NCBI GenBank assembly: GCA_030604065.1
Contig: JAUVWO010000001.1
Coordinates: forward strand, 1-41,446
Length of the DNA stretch: 41,446 bases
Source of the DNA: Methanomassiliicoccales archaeon
GTDB taxonomy: Archaea; Thermoplasmatota; Thermoplasmata; Methanomassiliicoccales; JAUVWO01
Reading direction: 5' to 3'
Shown one piece after another: positions 19,147-28,583 of this stretch. The first letter of the stretch is position 1. Each line of letters begins with the position of its first letter. Both the position numbers and the translations under genes were made by a program. The notes beneath the pieces were generated by a model. That model saw only the letters and a program-made list of their open reading frames with translations, was not told the DNA's origin and did not search any database.

Positions 19147-19386
19147 TCACTTTAATTCTATCTGGTAGTTCTGAATGACCGGGTTGGCCAGAAGCTTCCT
19201 GCACATGTTCTCGCACATCTGCAGAGCGCCATCACCCTCGGCGTCGAGGTCGATCTCGAAAACCTTGACCGTACGCACTGCTCTCACTCCCTCGAAGCCC
19301 AGCAGTTCCAGGGCCTTGAGAGTGTTCTGACCTTCGGGGTCGGTCACTCCATGCTTGAGTTCAATCCTGATATCAGCTATGACCAT
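19147..19386 (-). CDS. purS: Phosphoribosylformylglycinamidine synthase subunit PurS
   Basis: This 79-aa protein carries LKHGVTDPEGQNTLKALELLGF, which is characteristic of PurS. Confidence 0.9.
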   Translation of the reverse strand: MVIADIRIELKHGVTDPEGQNTLKALELLGFEGVRAVRTVKVFEIDLDAEGDGALQMCENMCRKLLANPVIQNYQIELK

Positions 19387-19452
19387 GAACGCACCGTTGG
19401 ATAATCCGGGTAGCCTACTTATTTCCTTTGTCCTCGGAGTTCCTCAGCGGAA

Positions 19453-20097
19453 TCAGATCAGCCCCGCTTCCTCTATTGCCTGGAACACCCCTACTATGAT
19501 GAATTGCACCGCCACCGCTGCTAGGACCAGACCCATGATCCGGGAGAATGCCATGGTGCCAGTGCGCCCCATGATCCGGAACAGTACGTCCGAATAGCTC
19601 AATATGAGGTATGACAAGATGACGGTGACCATCACTCCTATGAATATCCATATGTATCCGGTAACGTCCCCGCTTTGCTGCACATCGCTAGTGAGGATCA
19701 TGACCGTGGTGATGGACCCAGGCCCCGCGAACATGGGTATGCCTAGGGGCACCACACCCACTTGCTCTTCCTCCAGCGCCCTCACCCTCTCGGCCTCGGT
19801 TATCTTGGTGGTCGGCCTACGCCCCTGCATCATGGAGAATGCGATCGAGAACAGCAGCACCCCTCCGGCGATGCGGAATGCCGGTATGGTTATGCCGTAT
19901 ACATAGAAGATGAGGTCGCCGAAGATGGCGAACACGAACAGCACCACTATCATCACCACGCATACCATCATGATGATCCTCTGCCTGACCTCGTGCGGAT
20001 AGCCATCGGTGATGGTCACGAAGAACGGCACATTGCCCAGCGGGTTCACTATGGCAAAGATGGTGACGATCACGCTGATGCCGAATTCGATACTCAT
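19453..20097 (-). CDS. MarC-family integral membrane protein
   Basis: At 214 aa it has about 6 TM segments and an N-terminal IVNPLGNVPFF motif typical of the MarC/UPF0056 family. Confidence 0.8.
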   Translation of the reverse strand: MSIEFGISVIVTIFAIVNPLGNVPFFVTITDGYPHEVRQRIIMMVCVVMIVVLFVFAIFGDLIFYVYGITIPAFRIAGGVLLFSIAFSMMQGRRPTTKITEAERVRALEEEQVGVVPLGIPMFAGPGSITTVMILTSDVQQSGDVTGYIWIFIGVMVTVILSYLILSYSDVLFRIMGRTGTMAFSRIMGLVLAAVAVQFIIVGVFQAIEEAGLI

Positions 20098-20169
20098 CAG
20101 ATTGAGGATTGGCGTAAGGGTTGAATAGGCTTTGCCCTAGCCTGGTGACGCGGGGCTTGGAGAACTCGA

Positions 20170-20931
20170 TCAGGGGACCACGGTCTTGCGGCCGAATGTC
20201 AGGTAACCGGTGTGACCAAGCATGTCGAATGATGGTCTCACCCCGCCGGCATGGACCTCCATCTCGCGTTGCAGCGTCTCGATGGAGCACACGTCCACGT
20301 ACCCCATGTCCCGCAACGCGATGACCGTGGCCTCAAGCTGGTTGATGTTCGGAGTATAGGCGCACACCCTGCCCCCGGGTCGAAGGTTGCGGTCCAGGTT
20401 GGAGATGGCCGCCCAGGGCACCGGCATGTCCAGTATAACGGCGTCGGCGGTCACGTCCAGTTGCACATCGCAGGCATCGCCGATCACGCACTCCCACCCG
20501 TCGAGCCCGAGGCGGGCGATATTGCGACCAGCCCGCTTGGCGAAGTCCTCCCGCATCTCCACCGATATCACCCTCCCTCCTGGGGAGACGGCGTTGAGCA
20601 GCGCCATGGCCAGTGCCCCGGAGCCGACCCCGGATTCTATGACCACGTCACCGGCGCTAAGGGAGGTGCGCAGAACGATCTCGGCAGCGTCCTTGGGTAT
20701 GATGATCTGAGCTCCTCTATCCAGCGATATCATGTGTTCGTAGACCCCGGGTCGAAGCATAACGAACCGGTGGTTGGCTATCTCCAGTCTGGAACCATCA
20801 GGCATACCCACCATGCGGCCGGTGTCCACTAGACCGAGGCCAGTCACTTTGACCATGCCACCATCTAGCGTCACTTGGTGGCGCTTACCCCGTTCGTCCA
20901 GCAGGTGGACCATCTCACCCTGTCGTAGCAA
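20170..20931 (-). CDS. trmI: tRNA (adenine-N1)-methyltransferase, TrmI/Gcd14 family
   Basis: SAM motif VIESGVGSGALAMAL plus DMPVPW. The start is either TTG at 20931 or ATG at 20913. Confidence 0.85.
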   Translation of the reverse strand: MLRQGEMVHLLDERGKRHQVTLDGGMVKVTGLGLVDTGRMVGMPDGSRLEIANHRFVMLRPGVYEHMISLDRGAQIIIPKDAAEIVLRTSLSAGDVVIESGVGSGALAMALLNAVSPGGRVISVEMREDFAKRAGRNIARLGLDGWECVIGDACDVQLDVTADAVILDMPVPWAAISNLDRNLRPGGRVCAYTPNINQLEATVIALRDMGYVDVCSIETLQREMEVHAGGVRPSFDMLGHTGYLTFGRKTVVP

Positions 20932-20935
20932 TGGC

Positions 20936-21262
20936 TCACAACCTGAAGCTCTTGCCGCAGTCGCCGCATTCCCAATCGTAGGAGGATATGGCGGCCCCGC
21001 AGTCTGGACATCGGGGGATGCCGGAGATATGTTGAACCGTCTTTATTACCGGAACATCGGTCTTTTCCGGCCTCGTTGCCGTCTCGACGGTTGAGCTGTC
21101 CCTCAGATTCTCTTTGATACAGTACCGCGGGCCATCGTACTCCCTCTTGGGCGGGTAGGTGTAGTCCTTCCAGCGCTCGCGGAGCACTAGGAAATAGTAG
21201 CTCCACATGCCCACCATGAAGGCGACGATTGCCGTGGCTGAAGCATATATAAGTGCGTCCAT
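20936..21262 (-). CDS. Hypothetical membrane-anchored zinc-ribbon protein
   Basis: One N-terminal TM helix and a C-terminal CPDCG...CGDCG zinc ribbon. Its stop lies 4 nt upstream of the trmI ORF. Confidence 0.5.
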   Translation of the reverse strand: MDALIYASATAIVAFMVGMWSYYFLVLRERWKDYTYPPKREYDGPRYCIKENLRDSSTVETATRPEKTDVPVIKTVQHISGIPRCPDCGAAISSYDWECGDCGKSFRL

Positions 21263-21394
21263 CCCATCACTGCTTAGGACATGGGTGCAAATTTATAAAT
21301 ATCATTTGGTCCGACGATTGTCGGACGCGATCTTGCATTCATCAGTACAGGTCCAGAAAATCATTTTATACCCACATCACATTGGGCGCACCCG

Positions 21395-21598
21395 ATGAAG
21401 GGTTCTGATATACCCAAGAAGGCGAAGCTGGCCGTGTCCGTTCTGCTCATTATAGGTGGGCTGCTTGTGTATTGGATATGGGCAATTACCTATAACGCTT
21501 GGAATCCGATCCAGCCCGAGTTCATCGGCGTGTACGCCATATCCTCGATAATGATACTTTTCGGCATTCTCGGTCTGCTTCTAGCTAAGCGTACTTGA
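21395..21598 (+). CDS. Hypothetical small 2-TM membrane protein
   Basis: This 67-aa protein has two clear hydrophobic helices. A TTTTATA box at 21364-21370 is positioned for a near-leaderless transcript. Confidence 0.4.
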   Translation: MKGSDIPKKAKLAVSVLLIIGGLLVYWIWAITYNAWNPIQPEFIGVYAISSIMILFGILGLLLAKRT

Positions 21599-23011
21599 TC
21601 ACATCGTTCTCGCGGCGTAGGCCACGGTGCTCGTCTCCCTGCTACAGACCAAGCAGCGTCCCTGGAAGGTCTCGTCATTGCGAGGGGTGCCCAATATGTT
21701 CAGCTCGGTCCGCTCCTCTAAGGCGTGGCCGCAGGCCTCGTCCCCACACCAGCCGAACTTGACGATGCTTTCGGGAATGTTTTCCATGCTGTCGATGATG
21801 ACGATGCCGCTGTTCATTGATTCTGTTGCTCTGGCCCGCATGTCGGCCTTGATCGAGGCCAGTATGGAGGTCACCGAGGTCACCGTCTCCGTCGGAGGGA
21901 AGCTGCCCTTGTCGCCGGTATCGCGCCTGGCGTACGTTACCACGTCGTTCTGGATATCGTGCAGTCCAAGCTCAAGACGCAGCGACACCCCTTTGATCTC
22001 CCAGTCGAAGAACTTGCTGCCGGGACGATCATCACGGTCGTCCAGATGTGCCCGGATGCCTGCTTTCTTCAGCTGTGAGAGCAGGTCGGCGGCGGCCTTG
22101 TTGATCTCGTCGTAATGCTCCTTCTTGAGAATGGGTACGATGACCACTTGGAATGGGGCCACGTCCGGCGGCAGCACCAGGCCCTTGTCGTCACCGTGCA
22201 CGCCTACCACTGCGCCTACCAGCCGCTCGCTCATACCGTAGGTGGTCTGGTGCACATACTCCCACTCGCCCTCGGCGTTCTCATAGCGTATCTCGTACGG
22301 CTTGGAGAAATTATCGCGGTAGTGATGTATGCTTCCCAGCTGCAGGGTGCGGCCGTTGGGCATGTAGGTGTCGATGCCCACGGTGTAGTATGCTCCTGGG
22401 AACTTGTCCCAGTCGGTGCGCTTGAGCAGCAGATAGGGCAGGCACAGCCGGTCCATCAGGTTCTCCAAGATGGAGAAGTCCTCATCCACCTGACGCTCGG
22501 CGTCGTCATAGTCCACATGACAGGTGTGGGATTCGAAGAAGTGTATCTCCCGCACCCGGATGAACGGGCGGGTCATCTTGGTCTCGTATCGGAAGGTGTT
22601 GACCAGTTGGTAGGTCTTTAGGGGCAGATCGGTATGTGACCTCACCCATAGCGCGAACATCGGGTACATGGCCGTCTCGCTTGTAGGGCGCATCACCATG
22701 CGCACGTCCAGTTCGTTGAGGCCCGCGTGGGTGACCCAGAAGACCTCTGCGTCGAAGCCCTTGATATGGTCCTTCTCCTTCTGGAACTCGGTCTCGGGTA
22801 TCAGCAGCGGGAAGCACACCTCATCATGATCGGTGGCGTCAAGCTCCTCGCGGATGAACTGGTCGATCTGGCGCATGATGCGCCAGCCGTATGGGGTCCA
22901 GACGTTCATTCCCTTGATCGGGTAGCGCTTGTCGGACAGGTTGGCCCGCTCGACAATATCGTTGTACCACTCGCCGAAGTCCTCGTCCTTCTTCATATGA
23001 TGACCTGCCAT
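21599..23011 (-). CDS. proS: Prolyl-tRNA synthetase (archaeal/eukaryotic type)
   Basis: Class II aaRS motifs and a C-terminal zinc-binding domain. The sequence FGEWYNDIVERANL...RPTSET...FRYE is typical. Confidence 0.95.
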   Translation of the reverse strand: MAGHHMKKDEDFGEWYNDIVERANLSDKRYPIKGMNVWTPYGWRIMRQIDQFIREELDATDHDEVCFPLLIPETEFQKEKDHIKGFDAEVFWVTHAGLNELDVRMVMRPTSETAMYPMFALWVRSHTDLPLKTYQLVNTFRYETKMTRPFIRVREIHFFESHTCHVDYDDAERQVDEDFSILENLMDRLCLPYLLLKRTDWDKFPGAYYTVGIDTYMPNGRTLQLGSIHHYRDNFSKPYEIRYENAEGEWEYVHQTTYGMSERLVGAVVGVHGDDKGLVLPPDVAPFQVVIVPILKKEHYDEINKAAADLLSQLKKAGIRAHLDDRDDRPGSKFFDWEIKGVSLRLELGLHDIQNDVVTYARRDTGDKGSFPPTETVTSVTSILASIKADMRARATESMNSGIVIIDSMENIPESIVKFGWCGDEACGHALEERTELNILGTPRNDETFQGRCLVCSRETSTVAYAARTM

Positions 23012-23032
23012 TGGGTGTATCGCCGATAGGTA

Positions 23033-23887
23033 TTATTGCGTTTCCTTGAGCGCCTTGGCCACCAGCGGAGCCACCGATATGCGGCTGACCTCGCTCATGA
23101 CGGTATTGCAGCAGACCACTTCGTCCACGCAGGCCATGCGTTGCAGTGCGTCCTGGACGAAGAGACCGTGAGTGCAGGCCACGTAGACCCGCTCTGCGCC
23201 AACCTTCTTGAGCTCGTTGGAAGCGGCCACTATGGTGCCCCCTGTGGAGATCATATCATCGACGATGAGCACGTTTTTGCCACCGACATCCACATTGGCC
23301 GGGGCGATGCGCACGTCCATGCCCGAGAGCCTCGTCTTCTGGAGGTGGTCGCTGTCAACACCCATGATCTTGCCGACCTCTTCGGCCCTGCTCCTAGCGC
23401 CGATGTCAGGAGACAGGACGATGTCCACTTCATGATCGCTGAAGAACTCGCCGATGGCGGGGGCAGCCTTCACGTCCACCGCCGGGCAGGAGAACCATCT
23501 CAAGGTGTCCTGCTTGTGCAGGTCCACGGTCACAACATGGTCTGTGTTCATCTCCAGCATGCGGGCCATGACCTTGGCGCTCTCCGGCTCGCCGGGATTG
23601 AACAACCGGTCCTGGCGGGCGTAGCCAAAGTATGGGATGACGCAGGCCACCGTCTTGGCACCGAGGCTCTTGATCGCGTCCTGGATCAGCAGCATCTCCA
23701 CCAGGTCCCCGTCGGGGTAGGTGTTCTGCACCACCACCACATGGTCGTCGATCGTGTCACACTCGATACGGGTATAGCATTCTCCATCTGGGAATCGCTT
23801 GGTGGACGCTCTGATGCAGCCCACGCCCATGCAGTCCGCCAACTCCTCTGCCAATTCGTATGATGAAGAACCCCCGACTATTATCAT
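23033..23887 (-). CDS. prs: Ribose-phosphate pyrophosphokinase
   Basis: MIIVGGSSS...FPDGE...YARQDR...LIVDDMISTGGT (PRPP loop). The start was chosen at 23887; the upstream ORF extension to 23995 is not protein-like. Confidence 0.9.
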   Translation of the reverse strand: MIIVGGSSSYELAEELADCMGVGCIRASTKRFPDGECYTRIECDTIDDHVVVVQNTYPDGDLVEMLLIQDAIKSLGAKTVACVIPYFGYARQDRLFNPGEPESAKVMARMLEMNTDHVVTVDLHKQDTLRWFSCPAVDVKAAPAIGEFFSDHEVDIVLSPDIGARSRAEEVGKIMGVDSDHLQKTRLSGMDVRIAPANVDVGGKNVLIVDDMISTGGTIVAASNELKKVGAERVYVACTHGLFVQDALQRMACVDEVVCCNTVMSEVSRISVAPLVAKALKETQ

Positions 23888-23929
23888 CTTGGGTACAATG
23901 TGATTATCGATATAATATCTACCGAACCT

Positions 23930-23957
23930 GCGGAAACGTTTGCCCGCGGAAACGTTT
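23930..23957. repeat. Tandem direct repeat GCGGAAACGTTT x2 (16-nt period), each copy containing the palindrome AAACGTTT
   Basis: The copies are at 23930-23941 and 23946-23957. They lie between the prs TATA (about 23913, minus strand) and the TTTATTATAA box (23955-23964) of the HerA-like gene. Confidence 0.5.
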
Positions 23958-23996
23958 ATTATAAGGTGGGTGGATAAGACAGCGGGATGGTGCACA

Positions 23997-25514
23997 ATGG
24001 ATTCTGAGAGCGCCTATGACGGGTCGACAGAGGAGCTGCCGTTCGAGACCGGCAGCGAGGAAGCGGTAGGGGTCATCTATGGTAACGTGGGTACCACCCA
24101 CTTCAACGTGCGAGTGATGAGCACCATCGAACGCATGGAGTACGTGCAGTTCGAGCATCCTAGCGATGGATTGGTGCTGGGCCAGGTGTCTGAGGTGGAG
24201 AGGCGCACCGATCTGTCGCTGGAGAAGGCCAAGATGTACTCCGAGGGCGCTGATATCAACATCGAGGAGAAGGTCACCGCCCGTATCGACATACTCGGGT
24301 TCAGGGACGACCGCCACCTGCTGCAGGTGCCGCGGACCCCGTGCCGTGCTGGCACCGAGGTACTGAAAGCGAGCGACGACCTCATCCGCGAGGTCATAGG
24401 GCTCAAGGAGAACACCGACACCGGCGCCTACCTGGGACTGCTGTTCGGGCACAACATCCGCATCGAGTCCGACATCAACTCCATGGTGCAGAAGCACGTC
24501 TCCATACTGGCCAAGACCGGCGGGGGCAAGAGTTTCCTGTGCGGTGCGTTGGTGGAGGAGTTGATGAAGCATGACGTGACCGTCATAGTGTTCGACCCCC
24601 ACGGCGAGTACGGGTCCATGAGGGTGAAGGGCACCAAACAGGAATCGTCCCGTGATTTCGGGGTCGTACCACACAGTTACAAGGATAAGATAACGGAGTT
24701 CGCCACCGATCTGCAGATCAATCCCAAGGCCAAGCCTCTCAAGTTCACCCTGGCCAACATCGAGGCCCGGGACCTGCTGGGCCTGACCAACGTCAAGAGC
24801 GCCCGAAACTACCTGACCATGCTGCGCAAGGCCATGGACGCCGTCAAGGGAGTGAAGCGCGACTTCTCACTTCGGGACCTGATCCGGGTGCTGGAGGCCG
24901 ACGATGAACACCAGAACTCCAGCCTCATCAATGAGCTGGAGTATCTTAGCGAGGTCGGAATATTCGGTGACAAGGGCACCCGCATCGATGAGCTGGTGCA
25001 GAGGGGCAGGTGCACCATAATCAACATGAAGGGCACACCTCCAGATATCCAGGAGCTCATCGCCGAACGGCTTTGCTCGGCGCTGTTCGAGCTGCGTAAG
25101 GCCGACAAGATACCGCCGTTGATGCTGGTGGTGGAGGAAGCCCACAACTACTGTCCTCAACAGGGGCAGGTGGCCAGCAGCAAGGTGTTGCGCACCATCG
25201 CCTCCGAGGGACGTAAGTTCGGTCTGGGACTGACCATAATCTCCCAGCGACCGGCCAAGATCGATAAGAACGTCCTGTCGCAGTGCAACACCCAGATGAT
25301 ACTCAAGGTCACCAATCCCAATGACCTGAAGGCCATCACCTCGTCGGTGGAGGGCCTCACTAGCGGCATGGCCGAGGAGATCCAGCGGCTGCCTATCGGA
25401 GTGGCGCTGATGATGGGCGGCTCCATACAGATGCCTCTTCTGGTAGAGGTGCGTCCAAGGGAGTCCAAGCACGGCGGCGAGAGTGTGGAGATCATCCCCT
25501 CGAGGAGGGTGTGA
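23997..25514 (+). CDS. HerA-type (DUF87, FtsK-HerA superfamily) ATPase with an N-terminal HAS-barrel-like region
   Basis: Walker A ILAKTGGGKSF, Walker B LMLVVEEAHNY, and ISQRPAKIDKNVLSQCNTQMILKV arginine-finger region. The start was chosen at MDSESAY. Confidence 0.8.
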   Translation: MDSESAYDGSTEELPFETGSEEAVGVIYGNVGTTHFNVRVMSTIERMEYVQFEHPSDGLVLGQVSEVERRTDLSLEKAKMYSEGADINIEEKVTARIDILGFRDDRHLLQVPRTPCRAGTEVLKASDDLIREVIGLKENTDTGAYLGLLFGHNIRIESDINSMVQKHVSILAKTGGGKSFLCGALVEELMKHDVTVIVFDPHGEYGSMRVKGTKQESSRDFGVVPHSYKDKITEFATDLQINPKAKPLKFTLANIEARDLLGLTNVKSARNYLTMLRKAMDAVKGVKRDFSLRDLIRVLEADDEHQNSSLINELEYLSEVGIFGDKGTRIDELVQRGRCTIINMKGTPPDIQELIAERLCSALFELRKADKIPPLMLVVEEAHNYCPQQGQVASSKVLRTIASEGRKFGLGLTIISQRPAKIDKNVLSQCNTQMILKVTNPNDLKAITSSVEGLTSGMAEEIQRLPIGVALMMGGSIQMPLLVEVRPRESKHGGESVEIIPSRRV

Positions 25515-25808
25515 TTGCAGGACCGCATAACCGAGGACCGTATCGAACGATATCTCAGCATAACCAAGGAAGCCATGGACAAGCTGACGGTGGCCGCACC
25601 GGAGCGCTCGTTCAACCGCCGCATGGCAGAATCATTCTTGGAGATGGCCACCTCGTACTACGAGGATGCGTTGCATTTCCGTGAGCAGGGCGACCTTGTG
25701 AACGCGTTCGCCTGCGTGAACTATGCTCATGGGTGGCTGGATTGCGGTGCCCGCATCGGACTCTTCGACGTGGGCGGCGACGATCGGTTGTTCACACTGT
25801 TCGAGTGA
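25515..25808 (+). CDS. Small helical protein resembling DUF357
   Basis: A TTG start immediately follows the HerA-like TGA. The C-terminal motif NAFACVNYAHGWLDCGARIGL matches my recollection of DUF357. An alternative ATG lies 20 codons in. Confidence 0.55.
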   Translation: MQDRITEDRIERYLSITKEAMDKLTVAAPERSFNRRMAESFLEMATSYYEDALHFREQGDLVNAFACVNYAHGWLDCGARIGLFDVGGDDRLFTLFE

Positions 25809-25812
25809 ATGC

Positions 25813-26664
25813 TCACCGCAACAGGTGGGGACCGGACCGGTCCACGCCGACCCTGTGGACCTCGCCGAACCCTGACAGGGTTCGGAGGTCGGAATCCATC
25901 TCTCCTATGGAGAACACGGAGTTGCCGAGCATGACCATCGATGCATTTTGACCGTCCAATGCTGACAAGGCCTCCCTCACCTCCGAGGTTATCAGCCCCG
26001 TTTCCTCGGCGAACTGTCTTGAGGTACGCACGAGCGCCCCCATATCCGATCGCTCAATGAACGAATCGAGGCATCTGCGCCCCACCTCATTCACCATGGC
26101 CATGATGTCCTCGTTGGCCAGAACGTCGGCGGTGGGGATGGGGGGGCCGACGATGCCCACCGCTATCTTTGGATCATGGCCCAGGTCCTGCCATTCACCA
26201 TAGGGGGGGAGTCCCGGTGAGGTTCGGACCCCAACACCGCCGCATAGGATGCCCGCCACATCGCCTAGCCCCCCGCCGTTCATCACCTCGGACACATGCG
26301 CAGCCGTCCCAATTTGGTCCTCAGATATTTCCAATAGGCTCCCAAGGGCGATCCCTGTAGCCAGGGTGCCAGCAGCGCTCATGGCGAACCCATGGCCTGG
26401 AGGGAGGTCCGGGACGATGTCCACCTTGGCCCCATATCCTTCGGGGAGCAGCATCGTCAACAGTCCATGCGTCACCGGGGCATCATCCAACCGACCATCT
26501 ATGGCGATCTCAATACCTTCGCCCCGCCAACACTCCACCCTGGCCGTGGCCCCCCTGTCGATGCATATGCCGGCACCGCGGGTGCCGGTTCTCATAAAAT
26601 CCCTGTGACGGCAGACCTGGAATATGCATGATATGTGTCCAGGGCAGAAGGCGGCCGCCTTCAA
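25813..26664 (-). CDS. Pantoate kinase (archaeal CoA pathway, GHMP kinase fold)
   Basis: AFCPGHISCIF, a GHMP motif LPPGHGFAMSAAG, and GGGLGDVAGILCGG. Its start overlaps the coaBC stop as ATGA. Confidence 0.75.
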   Translation of the reverse strand: MKAAAFCPGHISCIFQVCRHRDFMRTGTRGAGICIDRGATARVECWRGEGIEIAIDGRLDDAPVTHGLLTMLLPEGYGAKVDIVPDLPPGHGFAMSAAGTLATGIALGSLLEISEDQIGTAAHVSEVMNGGGLGDVAGILCGGVGVRTSPGLPPYGEWQDLGHDPKIAVGIVGPPIPTADVLANEDIMAMVNEVGRRCLDSFIERSDMGALVRTSRQFAEETGLITSEVREALSALDGQNASMVMLGNSVFSIGEMDSDLRTLSGFGEVHRVGVDRSGPHLLR

Positions 26665-27851
26665 TCCCGTCCACCGACCATGTGCAGGATGCCCTCGGCC
26701 ACCGACCGTTTGCTGCCGCCCAATGCCACATCACCCGAGCCGGTCACCACCAGCACCTGCGTCCGTCCCGGTGCCACATCACCCAGGTCATTGGCCACGA
26801 TGGCATCCAATTCGTGCTCTTCCAGACGACGGATCGCTCGGGCCACCAGATCCTCCTCGCTCACATCCGACTCGGCCTTGAACCCTACCACGGTTCGTTC
26901 ACCATCGACCAGGCGGCCGATGAGCTTGGGCACCGGCTCCAGTTCCAACGTGGGCGCGATGTCCGAAGGCAGTTTGCCATGTTGTCGAACCGGCCTGAAA
27001 TCGGCCAAGGCCGCTGGCATCAGTACCAGATCGTGGTCGACCTGGTCGATCATCCCCTCAAGGTCGGCCACTGAGGTGAACCGACGCATTGACAGGTGTT
27101 CCGGCACTGGGAAGGTGTGGCGCCCCATCCAAAGGTCGACGGTCGCCCCCATCCGGAACGCCGCTGCGGCCAGTTCCACCGCCATCTCGCCGGTGGAGCG
27201 GTTGCTGACCACCCGCATGTCGTCGATGGCCTCCTCCGAGGACCCGCCGATGACCAGGACCCTGCGGCCGCTCAGCTTCTTGGGGCATAGGGCGAGGATG
27301 ACGCTCTCCACGATCTCCTCCTTGGAGGCCACCTTGGCCTTATCCCCCGAGACCCGGGGACCAACGAACCGCACCCCCATGCGCTGCAATCGACCCACGT
27401 TCTCCACCACCGCCTGATTGCGGTACATGGCCAGGTGCATCGCTGGCGCCACTAGTAATGGGACTCCAGAACCGAGGGCGATGGTGGCCATGGTGGTGAC
27501 GGTCGTGTCATCGATGCCGTTGGCCATCTTGGACACAGTATTGGCGGTGCAGGGGGCGATGAGCAGCAGGTCGGCGCGGTCGTCATGGTCACCCAGCAGA
27601 GCTACGTGCTGCGCCCTCCCGTCCAGCTCGGTGACCGGCTCGAAACCGGTGGCGAACTCCATGCTCATCGGGGTAACGAACTCGGCACCCCATTGGCTCA
27701 GGACCGGGACAACGTCGGCGCCGTGGCGCGCCAGCTCTCGAGCCAGGGCGAACGCCTCCATCGCGGCGATGGAACCGGTTATGCACAGCACTATCAGCTT
27801 TCCTTTCAGATCGTCGCTGAGTTCGCAGTATATCTCATCCACAGGTTGCAT
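26661..27851 (-). CDS. coaBC: Bifunctional phosphopantothenoylcysteine decarboxylase / phosphopantothenate-cysteine ligase
   Basis: An N-terminal flavoprotein domain (ITGSIAA..., APCTANT) and a C-terminal DFP domain (GGSSEEAIDDMRVVSNRSTG), 396 aa. Confidence 0.9.
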   Translation of the reverse strand: MQPVDEIYCELSDDLKGKLIVLCITGSIAAMEAFALARELARHGADVVPVLSQWGAEFVTPMSMEFATGFEPVTELDGRAQHVALLGDHDDRADLLLIAPCTANTVSKMANGIDDTTVTTMATIALGSGVPLLVAPAMHLAMYRNQAVVENVGRLQRMGVRFVGPRVSGDKAKVASKEEIVESVILALCPKKLSGRRVLVIGGSSEEAIDDMRVVSNRSTGEMAVELAAAAFRMGATVDLWMGRHTFPVPEHLSMRRFTSVADLEGMIDQVDHDLVLMPAALADFRPVRQHGKLPSDIAPTLELEPVPKLIGRLVDGERTVVGFKAESDVSEEDLVARAIRRLEEHELDAIVANDLGDVAPGRTQVLVVTGSGDVALGGSKRSVAEGILHMVGGRD

Positions 27852-28546
27852 CAGATGCCTCCTCTAACGCTGCATACGCAGGCCTGGACCAGTGTCAGCG
27901 CCTCTCGTCTCACCGAGCGCTGGGGGCGGGTGGCGTCGACCAACACGTAGCTGCGGTCTCGCTTGGCCAGGTGCAGGTAGGCGTTGCGCACCTCCTCCAA
28001 GTATCCCAGCCTCTCGAACTTGCTCACGGTCTCCCGTGTACGGTTCACCCGCTCCAGCGATGTCTTGGCCGGAAGGTCCAGCAGCACGGTGAGATCCGGA
28101 ATGGTCACCACCGGCTCGTTCAACGACCACAGCCAGTCCATGGAGTCTGCACCCATCATCCGGTCCAGGACCACGCTTTGATAGGCCATCGTGGACCCAT
28201 AGTATCGATCGCAGAGCACCACCTTGCCCCGGTCCACCCACTCCCTGATGCGCCGGGTGTGCTCGGTCCGGTCGGCCACGAACAACATGGCCTCGGTGAA
28301 CGGGGAAACGTCCGATCGGTTGGCCTGGCGGACGCAGTCCCCTATCCATGAGTCAGATGGCTCCGCCGTCGTCACCACATCATGGGATGGCGATAGCTCC
28401 GCCTCCACATCGGCCATCAGGGTGCTCTTGCCGGCGCCATCGATCCCTTCGAAGACGATGAACCGCCCTCCACTCGATCTGGACAGTGTCTCTATTCTCT
28501 GCAGGGTCTGCTCTTCGGTTCCGCTGGTACCCGACATCCGATTCAT
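27851..28546 (-). CDS. tmk: Thymidylate kinase
   Basis: P-loop FIVFEGIDGAGKST, DRY motif (CDRYYGSTMAY). The start was chosen at ATG 28546; its stop shares 1 nt with the coaBC start. Confidence 0.85.
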   Translation of the reverse strand: MNRMSGTSGTEEQTLQRIETLSRSSGGRFIVFEGIDGAGKSTLMADVEAELSPSHDVVTTAEPSDSWIGDCVRQANRSDVSPFTEAMLFVADRTEHTRRIREWVDRGKVVLCDRYYGSTMAYQSVVLDRMMGADSMDWLWSLNEPVVTIPDLTVLLDLPAKTSLERVNRTRETVSKFERLGYLEEVRNAYLHLAKRDRSYVLVDATRPQRSVRREALTLVQACVCSVRGGI

Positions 28547-28583
28547 TATCCATCCACGGGTTAAGAAAGGTTGCCTCGTTGGA

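Noticed and set aside
21309-21326. A perfect 7-bp hairpin GTCCGAC-GATT-GTCGGAC lies in the spacer between the zinc-ribbon gene and the small membrane gene.
   Set aside because: It is a short isolated stem in a promoter spacer with no recurrence in the window. That is insufficient to call a regulatory element.
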